Below, one piece after another: positions 1 to 7,530 of a stretch of 32,000 nt of DNA. The position numbers were made by a program, and so were the translations under genes. Every line of letters starts with the position of its first letter. The stretch's first letter is position 1. The stretch is taken from positions 1,770,001 through 1,802,000 of the forward strand of contig NC_016070.1 in NCBI RefSeq assembly GCF_000253055.1. Reading direction: 5' to 3'. A model generated the notes under the pieces. The model was not told where the DNA came from. It did no database searches and was given only the letters and a program-made list of their open reading frames with translations. The stretch is from Thermoproteus tenax Kra 1. Its GTDB lineage: Archaea > Thermoproteota > Thermoprotei > Thermoproteales > Thermoproteaceae.

Positions 1-200
1 GCTTTGACCGTCTTCATGATCAGCTCGAAGTTGTGTTTGCCCAGGACGCGCTCCAGAGTTTTGAAGAACAACGCGCTGTCGCCCATTATCTTCTCCGGCC
101 TCACTCCGGCGGCCCTCAGCTTCGCCCTAATGAGCGTCTTCATGTGCTCGTCCAAGTAGGAGAAGAGGAGCGCCGGCGGAGGGAGCGCGCCTCTGTCCAT
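1..200 (-). CDS. Partial uncharacterised protein, truncated by the window edge (MDRGALPPPALLFSYLDEHMKTLIRAKLRAAGVRPEKIMGDSALFFKTLERVLGKHNFELIMKTVK...)
   Basis: Open minus-strand frame from ATG at 200 to the window edge. An alternative in-frame GTG lies at 245. TATA-like CCTTTAAAGG at 260-269. Not in the supplied track because it is not closed. Confidence 0.6.
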   Translation of the reverse strand, partial: MDRGALPPPALLFSYLDEHMKTLIRAKLRAAGVRPEKIMGDSALFFKTLERVLGKHNFELIMKTVK

Positions 201-302
201 ACGGAGGAGAGGGACGCCTCGTCCCCCTCTGTGAGGAGGCTCCACGAGAGGATAAGCGACCTTTAAAGGCGGGCCGCCAAAGAGGCGGACCCCGCCAGAA
301 GG

Positions 303-476
303 ATGCTACTGGAGGAGAGAGCCCGTCGCCTTAGGCGGTTTAGGAGGATCCGCGACGTCGTGGCGCGGGTCGCAGGGGAGATAATTGAGCCCGCCGGACA
401 GAACAACGCCGCCATTGTAGTAGATGTGATGGATGGCAAGACGTATACTGCGAGGAAGCAGAGCGGCGGTATGTAG
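303..476 (+). CDS. Candidate small basic protein, 57 aa (MLLEERARRLRRFRRIRDVVARVAGEIIEPAGQNNAAIVVDVMDGKTYTARKQSGGM)
   Basis: Closed ORF missing from the ORF track because it is short. TATA-like CTTTAAAGG about 35 nt upstream. Competes with the longer antisense track ORF 263..538. Confidence 0.5.
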   Translation: MLLEERARRLRRFRRIRDVVARVAGEIIEPAGQNNAAIVVDVMDGKTYTARKQSGGM

Positions 477-480
477 AATT

Positions 481-590
481 TGACGAGCCCCTCTCCGCGT
501 GGGCGCGGCCGTACTCCCCTCGCCCTGGGGCTGCCCAACGCGGCTCCGGGGCGGGCCCGGAGCCCCCGGAGGGGGCCGGGCGCCGCTAAG
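481..590. ncRNA. Candidate structured non-coding RNA or terminator region between convergent genes
   Basis: About 82% GC. Nested stems AGCCCC(486-491)/GGGGCT(527-532) enclosing CCGCG(495-499)/CGCGG(504-508), and the 9-bp perfect hairpin GGCTCCGGG(542-550)/CCCGGAGCC(556-564). Confidence 0.35.
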
Positions 591-1764
591 GGGGCGCTGA
601 GGTCTTAAGCTCCTCCTCGTAGGCCTTGAGGTCTTCGATGAGTTTGTTCAAATCTCTTTCCACAACGCCCATAGTTGGATCGAAGGGCGACTCAACTCCA
701 GAGTCCTCCTCAGGCCAATAGATAAACACCCTTTTATGCGCGGTGTTCAAGGCGTAGTTAATCTCGGCGAACATGCCCCGGCTCAGGCGCCCCCCTCTGA
801 ACGGCCTATACGCTGCAACGGCGTCTGCCTGTTGGATATACCGGTAGTCCTTATAGCGAATGATATTGTCTAGGTCTCTTAAGACCTCCTCCACCTGCTC
901 CCTTGGTATTCGCACCGGATAGAGGCCCTCCTCGTCCTTACAGGCCGGCTCGATCCCCCTTGGCACATTCCAGACGTCCTCGGTCCTCACCTCCACTGTC
1001 GATCCCTGCCCCTTCTCCAACGCGACCCTCAACGCCCTCTCGTCGACAGTCAAGGGGTCGAACGCTGTGAAGAGTTGGTGCATGGCTCTGCGATATTCGT
1101 CTATTTCTTCTCTGGCCTTGGGGTCCTCGCGGACCCCCGTTATGGGGAACGAGAGGTAGACCCTCAACGACCTCTCAAAGATGAGCTTATGGAACGTTGA
1201 GGCGGGGTGTTTAACGGCGACGACGAAGTTGTCCACGCCGAGTTCCCTCGAGATTATGTCGGCTAGGAGTATAGTCGTGTTCCTCCAAGCTACGATGTCC
1301 TTCAGCCGGAAGTCTGCGCCGGTCCTTCTGCCCCTCTCCTCTCTCATCTGTACTCTCCGCCACATGACGTGTTCTTCCTCTATCAACGTGACTATCACGT
1401 CAGGCCTCAGCTCTCTGAAGGGGGCTAGGTCGAAGGCCGGGAAGAATCTGCTTTTGTTGAAGAAGGGTAGGTTCATCCCCACGATAATGTTCGCGGCCCC
1501 CTCGTCGGCAAGGCGCCGTAACATACGAGTGAAGGCCGAGCGCCATTCTTCCTCTTGCCATCTGTAGTCATCGCTCGTTAGAAAGGCGACCCAGTCTACT
1601 TTGGCTCTGAGAAAGTCCTCGAGGAAATAGACCGCCAAGCTCCTCCTCGATTCTTTGTCCTCAAGATCCTCAGGCAGGCCTCTGGCTCTATAGAAGTATC
1701 TCGCAATAGATCCGACAGTCTCCCTCAAGTTTACTCCAGTGGGGCCGAGGAAAAGCGCCCTCAC
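586..1764 (-). CDS. Uncharacterised protein: N-terminal P-loop-like nucleotide-binding motif, C-terminal nucleoside 2-deoxyribosyltransferase-like region
   Basis: Track ORF 586..1836 trimmed to GTG at 1764, because the longer frame reads through the tRNA-His gene. N-terminus VRALFLGPTGVNLRET; C-terminal ...QQADAVAAYRPFRGGRLSRGMFAEINYALNTAHKRVFIYWP... resembles NDT-like domains. Confidence 0.75.
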   Translation of the reverse strand: MRALFLGPTGVNLRETVGSIARYFYRARGLPEDLEDKESRRSLAVYFLEDFLRAKVDWVAFLTSDDYRWQEEEWRSAFTRMLRRLADEGAANIIVGMNLPFFNKSRFFPAFDLAPFRELRPDVIVTLIEEEHVMWRRVQMREERGRRTGADFRLKDIVAWRNTTILLADIISRELGVDNFVVAVKHPASTFHKLIFERSLRVYLSFPITGVREDPKAREEIDEYRRAMHQLFTAFDPLTVDERALRVALEKGQGSTVEVRTEDVWNVPRGIEPACKDEEGLYPVRIPREQVEEVLRDLDNIIRYKDYRYIQQADAVAAYRPFRGGRLSRGMFAEINYALNTAHKRVFIYWPEEDSGVESPFDPTMGVVERDLNKLIEDLKAYEEELKTSAPP

Positions 1765-1797
1765 AGATCGTACTAGGACGTGTATTAAAATAGCACA

Positions 1798-1869
1798 GGC
1801 CGCCGCCGGGATTTGAACCCGGGTCAAAGGGGCCACAGCCCTCCATCCTGACCGCTAGACTACGGCGGC
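1798..1869 (-). tRNA. tRNA-His (anticodon GTG)
   Basis: RNA-sense sequence GCCGCCG TA GTCT-AGCGGTCA-GGAT G GAGGG CTGTGGC CCCTT TGAC CCGGG TTCAAAT CCCGG CGGCGGC C. All four arms pair. Discriminator C73, no intron, CCA not encoded. Confidence 0.93.
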
Positions 1870-1971
1870 ATCAATCCCCTTTCTGTTGATTTTAAAATTT
1901 ATGCCCCTATAGCTGACACAAGGGGGCCCTAATAGAAGGAGAAAAACGGGCTTTGAAGGATTTGGAAAAGC

Positions 1972-3888
1972 CTAGATTTCCTCGACCTCTGCTACGGCCT
2001 CGCCGCTCTCCTTCGACATCATCCTCCTCAAGGCCAAGGCCAGGCCGGCGGCGGAGACGCCTCCGGCGGCCGCTGCGGCGTCAGTAACCGTTATCGGCAC
2101 TCCGCCAACTATGGCTATTATGGGCGTCTTAACCACCAACGTCACGGTCTGGCTCGGCCCATCGACCGTTAGCCCATCGGTTACATGGACGCGGTTGGCC
2201 ACGTTTACGGAGACTGTGTAGTTGCCTTGTAATACGCCTTGGAAGGCCACTGAGCCGCTTGCGTCAGTGGCGCCGCTGGCGGGAAAGCCGTTGATGGACA
2301 CTTGGGCGTTCGGTATCGGCTGGTTCAGAGCGCCCACGACTATCACTTGCACGTTGTAGATGCCCAATTGCACAGTGTGCGGGCTGTCGTCTAAAGACTG
2401 CACCAACACATTCGCGGCCGGCACTCCCTTATATGCTATCTGCACTTCCACGGGCGAGGGTTTGTACACATATACTTCGACCACGCCGTTGGACACAGCC
2501 ACATTGTACTCACCGGCGCTGGCGGTTATGTCGCTTACCGGAGCTCCACCGAATTTATTGACCACGTCTATCTTCAGCGGCTTCCAGTCGATTATGAACG
2601 TGTACACGCCGGTCTCGGCCGTGTTGCCCTCCTGTACCACTATGTATGCCTCGTGCCCGTCGGGGCTTATGGAGGCCATTCTGACCCCGCCGCCCCACAC
2701 TAGTTGTACATCGGTTGAGTTAGTTATGAGAGCGTTGCTGGGAGTCTTGATAGAGACTATCTTGGCCAAGGGCGGCAGCTCTAACACTATGGAGGTCCAC
2801 ACGCCGTCGGCCACATCGTTTTGAGTGACGTTGACGAGCGCTCTATCGGGCAACCACGTCACTTGGGCCGGCTTATACACAATGGGTATGTAGATCACGT
2901 TGACGGGCGAGCTCAGCGTCGAGGTCACAGTGAAGCTGGTGCCGTAGACTATGGCTATCTTGTACGTCAGCTGGGCCTGCCAGAGTGGCGGTATCAGATA
3001 GCTCACCGACCTTATTATGAAGCTCAACGTGTTGTTGTTGACTATATCTACAAGGCCTCCGCCTATGCTTATGGAGCCGGACGAGGGCTGGCCTACTAAG
3101 CTGATACTGCCTGTATACGCGAACACTACGTAGCCCAACAGTTGCCAACCTTGCGGCACACTAATCTGGGCGCCGGTCACAGTGAGTTGCGAGTTGGGCG
3201 CTAAGGTCGCAGTCTGCTGCTGTAAGCTCTTGACCAACAAGGCCGAGGGCAGCGCGGGACCGCTGGATATCACGACTTTATACGTGCCGGGCTGAGCCAG
3301 CTCAGCCACCTTTGGCTCCACTCTGTAGGCCGAGGCGGGCTGGCCGTCGGGGAGCTCGACGGAGCTTATCACATAGGGCGCGTTGGGGTCTATCCTAACA
3401 GTGGCGCTCTCGCCGAAGCCTTGAGGTAGTTGTGCGTTGGGCAGCGTTATCGTGATCACAGTACCGTTTGTCAGCGGGTAGTATTCATCGTGTGTGAACT
3501 GGTAGGTGATCTGAACTTGTGCTTGCACGGTGGTAGCCGCGGTGTTTATCAACATTACCTTAGTGGCATCAGGGCCCACGTATACAGCCTTTAAGAAGCC
3601 TTGCGCATCGTAGGACTTGCTATAGAAGCCGTTAGCGGCCACCTGTACCGACGGATATGTCCCGAGGAACTGCACGACCATGCCGCTGTACGTGAAGCCG
3701 GCGCCTGGCGCCACGGCGGGCGGAGTTATTGTATAGGTCCCGCCCGGCCCTAGCTGTATAGTGAGAGTTACGGTTTTGTATGCCAGGTACTGCACTTGGG
3801 CAGTGTAGGGGAAGACCACGTTTATCGGTGCGGCTAGAGCAAGCGCAGTTAAGCCTATTATTGCCATCGCCAGGAACTTTAGACGCAT
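1972..3888 (-). CDS. Large secreted/S-layer-like protein with N-terminal signal peptide, Ig-like/carboxypeptidase-regulatory-like beta domains and a C-terminal membrane anchor
   Basis: MRLKFLAMAIIGLTALALAAP signal; beta-rich sequence; GALNQPIPNAQVSINGFPASGATDASGSVAFQGVLQGNYTVSV CarboxypepD_reg-like motif; C-terminal hydrophobic segment then RRMM and an acidic tail. TATA-like CTTATTAAG about 25 nt upstream of ATG. Confidence 0.75.
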   Translation of the reverse strand: MRLKFLAMAIIGLTALALAAPINVVFPYTAQVQYLAYKTVTLTIQLGPGGTYTITPPAVAPGAGFTYSGMVVQFLGTYPSVQVAANGFYSKSYDAQGFLKAVYVGPDATKVMLINTAATTVQAQVQITYQFTHDEYYPLTNGTVITITLPNAQLPQGFGESATVRIDPNAPYVISSVELPDGQPASAYRVEPKVAELAQPGTYKVVISSGPALPSALLVKSLQQQTATLAPNSQLTVTGAQISVPQGWQLLGYVVFAYTGSISLVGQPSSGSISIGGGLVDIVNNNTLSFIIRSVSYLIPPLWQAQLTYKIAIVYGTSFTVTSTLSSPVNVIYIPIVYKPAQVTWLPDRALVNVTQNDVADGVWTSIVLELPPLAKIVSIKTPSNALITNSTDVQLVWGGGVRMASISPDGHEAYIVVQEGNTAETGVYTFIIDWKPLKIDVVNKFGGAPVSDITASAGEYNVAVSNGVVEVYVYKPSPVEVQIAYKGVPAANVLVQSLDDSPHTVQLGIYNVQVIVVGALNQPIPNAQVSINGFPASGATDASGSVAFQGVLQGNYTVSVNVANRVHVTDGLTVDGPSQTVTLVVKTPIIAIVGGVPITVTDAAAAAGGVSAAGLALALRRMMSKESGEAVAEVEEI

Positions 3889-4175
3889 GAATGTCGGACG
3901 CCTATGCTTAATAAGAGCTGTATTCTTTTTCGATATGGAGTTTACTTATATCTGGATAATATCATTGAGCGGAATACACCTTTTTACGATCTCCCCTTTT
4001 TTCACGAGCCTCCGAGAGCTCGGGGCACGCGCCCGAGCCGTGCTGAGCAATCCAGACGCGCGGAGACTGGCTGCGTCCAGGCGGACTAGGGCTGGAGTCC
4101 AAGCGGGGACGAATCTCCTCAGCTCAGTGTCGACCTCAGGCGGGACCATTCCGGCGGGTTGTTTACATCTTCTAT

Positions 4176-4225
4176 TATGACCCCCTCCCCGCCCTAAAGG
4201 GCGAGGCTTGCTGTTTGCCATGTCA
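4176..4225 (-). repeat. Dispersed element copy 1, IS200/IS605-right-end-like
   Basis: Minus-strand TGACATGGCAAACAGCAAGCCTCGCCCTTTAGGGCGGGGAGGGGGTCATA. About 45/51 identical to copy 2 at 24227-24277. Confidence 0.65.
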
Positions 4226-4366
4226 CGCCTCGCCTGGATTTCAAGAACGCCGAAACTCAGGTGGGCCGCACCGCTCCACATCTCGCACGCTATCGACATA
4301 GTACTGGCCTTTCTTCTATGCGCTATATACTCCCATGAGCCAAGCCCATGAGGAGTTGAAATCAGA

Positions 4367-4696
4367 TCACTTTCTGAGATAGGCGTCCTCGCCTCTTTCC
4401 CAATCGTCTCTTCGGGGCGAGAACGCATCGATAACCACCAGATCGGTCAAGGCTTTGACCTCGTGGGGAACGTTGGGCGGTATGTGGACTACATCTCCTG
4501 CTGCGACTTCGAGCACTCTATCGCCGAGTTTGAACAGAGCTCGCCCCTCTAGAATCACACTGATCTGTTCGTTGTCGTGGCTGTGCGCCGGCACTGTGCA
4601 ACCCGCCCTTATCTTGAACTGGGCAACAGTGAGCCGCTGTCCTGAAACAAACCGCCGTTCGACGCAGTCGTTGAGCCTCTCGAAGATCCAGGGCAT
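4367..4696 (-). CDS. Cupin domain-containing protein
   Basis: Cupin motifs GCTVPAHSHDNEQISVILEGRALFKLG and GDVVHIPPNVPHEVKAL. TATA-like CTTTAAAAACC about 25 nt upstream. Confidence 0.9.
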   Translation of the reverse strand: MPWIFERLNDCVERRFVSGQRLTVAQFKIRAGCTVPAHSHDNEQISVILEGRALFKLGDRVLEVAAGDVVHIPPNVPHEVKALTDLVVIDAFSPRRDDWERGEDAYLRK

Positions 4697-4747
4697 GCCT
4701 TAGTATAATTGAAGGTTTTAAAGGATAGTATTACTAACTTCCCTTTG

Positions 4748-4825
4748 CGACGCCGGCCTTCCCGGGGACGCGCGGCCTGGGCCACGCTGGGTACCCCACG
4801 CGCGTGCGGGGCCTGTTCGGCGTAT
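4748..4825. ncRNA. Candidate GC-rich structured element
   Basis: About 79% GC. Closing pair ACGCCG(4750-4755)/CGGCGT(4818-4823) around an inner CCCCACGCGCGTGCGGGG hairpin. Confidence 0.3.
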
Positions 4826-4939
4826 GGGTTAGGCGAATATAACAGCAGGCTGGGCTTCCCGCCTTCTTCTCCGTCCTCTTCACTAACTCTGCCGTAAGAA
4901 ATCAAGCCCGACCTTTGATCTGAATGGGATCCGAAGCGT

Positions 4940-4984
4940 TGGGTTATAGACACACTGCGGCGGAAGCCCGCCGTCTATAACCCA
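4940..4984. repeat. Long inverted repeat/bulged hairpin
   Basis: TGGGTTATAGAC(4940-4951)/GTCTATAACCCA(4973-4984), 12 bp perfect, plus inner GGCGG(4959-4963)-AAGC-CCGCC(4968-4972). Confidence 0.75.
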
Positions 4985-5090
4985 GTAGTTCAGACTGAGC
5001 TACGGCATGTCTATGGGCAGAGCAAGTCACAGCGAATATTCTGCTCTGATTTTAAAACAGTTTAGAAAAGAGGGCGGCCAAACGAGAATG

Positions 5091-6038
5091 CTAGAGGGAC
5101 GCCAGCTTGGAGAGATACTCTAAATTTGTTAAGACAGCTCTCTCCAGCTCCTCTATCTCTGCGTCCGTAAGATGCGCGAATCTGCCCTGCATTTTGAGGA
5201 ACTCCTTCAATGGCTTCCTCCTCTTCGGGTCAGCCACAATGGCAGAGGTCGGTGGGTTGAGCTTGATCTTGCCGTGGTCGTACTCGTACAAGGGGAAGTA
5301 GCCGGTCTCCACAGCTAGCCTTGCAACCTCCACAGTGCGCTCCTCGGGGAACCTCCAGCCAGGCGGACACGGAGCCAGTATGTGGAGGAACGTGGGCCCT
5401 TCCTCGGTGTACTCCAGGGCCGTCTTTATCTTATTGGCCATATCAAGTATATTGGAGATGGACGCTGTCGCTGCATACGGGACTCTGTGGGCCATGACTA
5501 TGCCCATGATGTCCTTCTTCTCCTGGATCTTGCCTCTGATCGCCTTGCCGACTGGCGTAGTGGTAGTCCAGGCGTACTTAGGCGTAGAGCCGCTCCTCTG
5601 AATGCCGGTGTTCATATAGGCCTCGTTGTCATAAAGTATGTAGAGGACATGGTGTCTCCTCTCCAACATGCCGCTGAGAGACTGAAGCCCTATGTCGTAG
5701 GTGCCTCCGTCGCCCGCTACGACTATCACGTTGGTTTTGCCGGACTTCCACAGCCCCTTCTTGCTGAGAGTCCTCACGGCCGACTCGACTCCCGACGCGG
5801 CGGCCGCGGCGTTCTCGAACGCGACGTGGAGATACGGTAACATCCACGCCGTCTCTGGATACTGCGTGGTGGTGACCTCCATGCAGCCGGTGGCGTTGAC
5901 AACTATGGTGTTGGCGCCCGCCGTCTTTGTAATCCAACGCATTGCTATAGCTGGGCCGCAACCGGCGCACGCGCGGTGGCCTGACGCAAAGAGCTCCTCG
6001 GCGGGCAGATCCCAGACGCCCCTATAGACGACCCTCAT
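5091..6038 (-). CDS. porB: 2-oxoacid:ferredoxin oxidoreductase (pyruvate synthase) beta subunit
   Basis: RACAGCGPAIAMRW and TPP-binding GDGGTYDIGLQSLSGMLERRHHVLYILYDNEAYMNTGIQRSG. Confidence 0.95.
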   Translation of the reverse strand: MRVVYRGVWDLPAEELFASGHRACAGCGPAIAMRWITKTAGANTIVVNATGCMEVTTTQYPETAWMLPYLHVAFENAAAAASGVESAVRTLSKKGLWKSGKTNVIVVAGDGGTYDIGLQSLSGMLERRHHVLYILYDNEAYMNTGIQRSGSTPKYAWTTTTPVGKAIRGKIQEKKDIMGIVMAHRVPYAATASISNILDMANKIKTALEYTEEGPTFLHILAPCPPGWRFPEERTVEVARLAVETGYFPLYEYDHGKIKLNPPTSAIVADPKRRKPLKEFLKMQGRFAHLTDAEIEELERAVLTNLEYLSKLASL

Positions 6039-7225
6039 ATCCTCAACCCCATATATATCGTCCTGTTCCTCTCGCCGTCCCTTAACATTTGGTATATTTT
6101 GACGAAGTCTTCGACGAACATGGCCCTCTGCCCGATGCCGTGGATCACAGAGAGCCCAGGCGTATTAATGCCGCGCATCCACAATGCGGTGGCCACCTCG
6201 GTGAACACGGGCCCTCCGCCGGCTCCGCCAAACGCGATGGCTCTGTCTACAACCGCAAAGGACTTGACTCCGTCCAACAACTTTGCTATCTGGTCCGATG
6301 GGAACGGGCGGAATACCCTCAACCTTACTACACCTGCCCTTATTCCCATGCCTCTGGCTATGTCGGCGGCCTCCTTGGCGTTTCCGTACGAGGCTCCTCC
6401 ATAGGCCACTATAGCGTACTCGGCGTCCTCCATTTTGTACGTCTCCAGTATTCCGTACCTCCTCCCGAAAGTCCTCCCGTACTCGGCGTCAACTTCCTCT
6501 ATTATTTTGAGCGATCCGGTCAACGCCTCCTGGACCTGATACTTTATTTCATAGTACCAATCGGGCATCGCGAAGGCTCCCATAGTTATAGGCTTCTCAG
6601 GCCGTAAGACGTTGGGTCTCTCTCTGCGCGGGAGGAAGCGTCTAACCTCCTCCTCGTCATTGAGCTCTACGGGCTCCGTAGTGTGCGACATAAGGAAGCC
6701 ATCGTAGGCGACCATGGTTGGCAGAAGGGCAGACTCAGCCACCTTGAAGGCTTGTAGAATTGTGTCGTAGACCTCCTGCGCCGTAGAGGCTATATAGGTT
6801 ATCCAACCCGTATCCCTCGTGTTCATTACATCGCTGTAGTCGCCGTGTATCGAGATGGGAGCCGATAGAGCGCGGGCGGGAACCGCCATTACTATAGGTA
6901 GCCGCAGTCCCGATGCTATATGCAACACCTCGTGCATCAACTCCAATCCCTGGCTGCTAGTGGCCGTGAACACTCTTGCTCCGGCCGCCGAGGCGCCTAA
7001 CACGGCCGAGAGGGCCGAGTGCTCCGACTCAACGTGTATCAACTCAGCATTTAGCTCGCCGTCGTCTACAAACTCGGCGATCTTCTCCACTATAGTTGTC
7101 TGCGGCGTAATGGGATAGACCGCGACTACGTCTACGTCGGCCGCCTTAACTGCATACGCTGCTGCGTAGTTGGACGTCAGCGCCAAGATCTGTTTCTCCC
7201 TCTTGACGGAGAGCAGCGACGTCAT
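6035..7225 (-). CDS. porA: 2-oxoacid:ferredoxin oxidoreductase (pyruvate synthase) alpha subunit
   Basis: YPITPQTTIVEKIAEF, ESEHSALSAVLGASAAGARVFTATSSQGLELMHE. Confidence 0.95.
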   Translation of the reverse strand: MTSLLSVKREKQILALTSNYAAAYAVKAADVDVVAVYPITPQTTIVEKIAEFVDDGELNAELIHVESEHSALSAVLGASAAGARVFTATSSQGLELMHEVLHIASGLRLPIVMAVPARALSAPISIHGDYSDVMNTRDTGWITYIASTAQEVYDTILQAFKVAESALLPTMVAYDGFLMSHTTEPVELNDEEEVRRFLPRRERPNVLRPEKPITMGAFAMPDWYYEIKYQVQEALTGSLKIIEEVDAEYGRTFGRRYGILETYKMEDAEYAIVAYGGASYGNAKEAADIARGMGIRAGVVRLRVFRPFPSDQIAKLLDGVKSFAVVDRAIAFGGAGGGPVFTEVATALWMRGINTPGLSVIHGIGQRAMFVEDFVKIYQMLRDGERNRTIYMGLRI

Positions 7226-7530
7226 GTTTCTGGCACCATCTCTATCGCTTTAACGGGACACTCGTGGGCGCATATCCCGCATCCCTTGCAGTAGTTGTAG
7301 TCAATCTCATACTTGACTTGGTATTTATGACCCTTAACGACGAACTCTCCTCTGACCTCCTTTATTGTGCCCTCCGGACAGTACATCCAACAGACTCTAC
7401 AACGTATGCACCTCTCATCGTGTATCACGGGCCTAAGACTGCGCCAGCCGCCAGTTAGATTGCGCCTAGATGAGCCTGGCTCAGTGATTATGCCGCCTAT
7501 CGGTATCTCGTGTACCTTGGGCAAGCTCAT
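7222..7530 (-). CDS. porD: Pyruvate synthase delta subunit, 2x[4Fe-4S] ferredoxin-like
   Basis: CIRCRVCWMYCPEG and CKGCGICAHECPVKAIEMV motifs. Confidence 0.95.
   Translation of the reverse strand: MSLPKVHEIPIGGIITEPGSSRRNLTGGWRSLRPVIHDERCIRCRVCWMYCPEGTIKEVRGEFVVKGHKYQVKYEIDYNYCKGCGICAHECPVKAIEMVPET

Noticed and set aside
33-538. Track ORFs 33..266 (+) and 263..538 (-)
   Set aside because: They are antisense to more plausible frames, are Arg/Ser/Pro-rich like shadow ORFs, and carry no recognisable motifs.
481-590. RNase P RNA (type T) or 5S rRNA in the GC-rich island
   Set aside because: I looked for the conserved GGAAAGUCC-like core and 5S loop motifs and did not find them on either strand.
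1765-1836. N-terminal extension of the 416-aa ORF
   Set aside because: It is the tRNA-His sequence read in frame (MAPLTRVQIPAAA...). GTG 1764 is a better start.
3946-4299. Minus-strand ORF (MSIACEMWSGAAHLSF...) downstream of the TATA box at 4323-4330
   Set aside because: The promoter spacing is good, but the sequence reads through the repeat hairpin and small GC-rich hairpins. An RNA is a simpler explanation than a protein.
4455-4953. Track ORFs 4455..4703, 4609..4953 and 4709..4897 (+)
   Set aside because: They overlap the cupin gene antisense or the structured GC-rich intergenic block, with low-complexity, non-protein-like composition.
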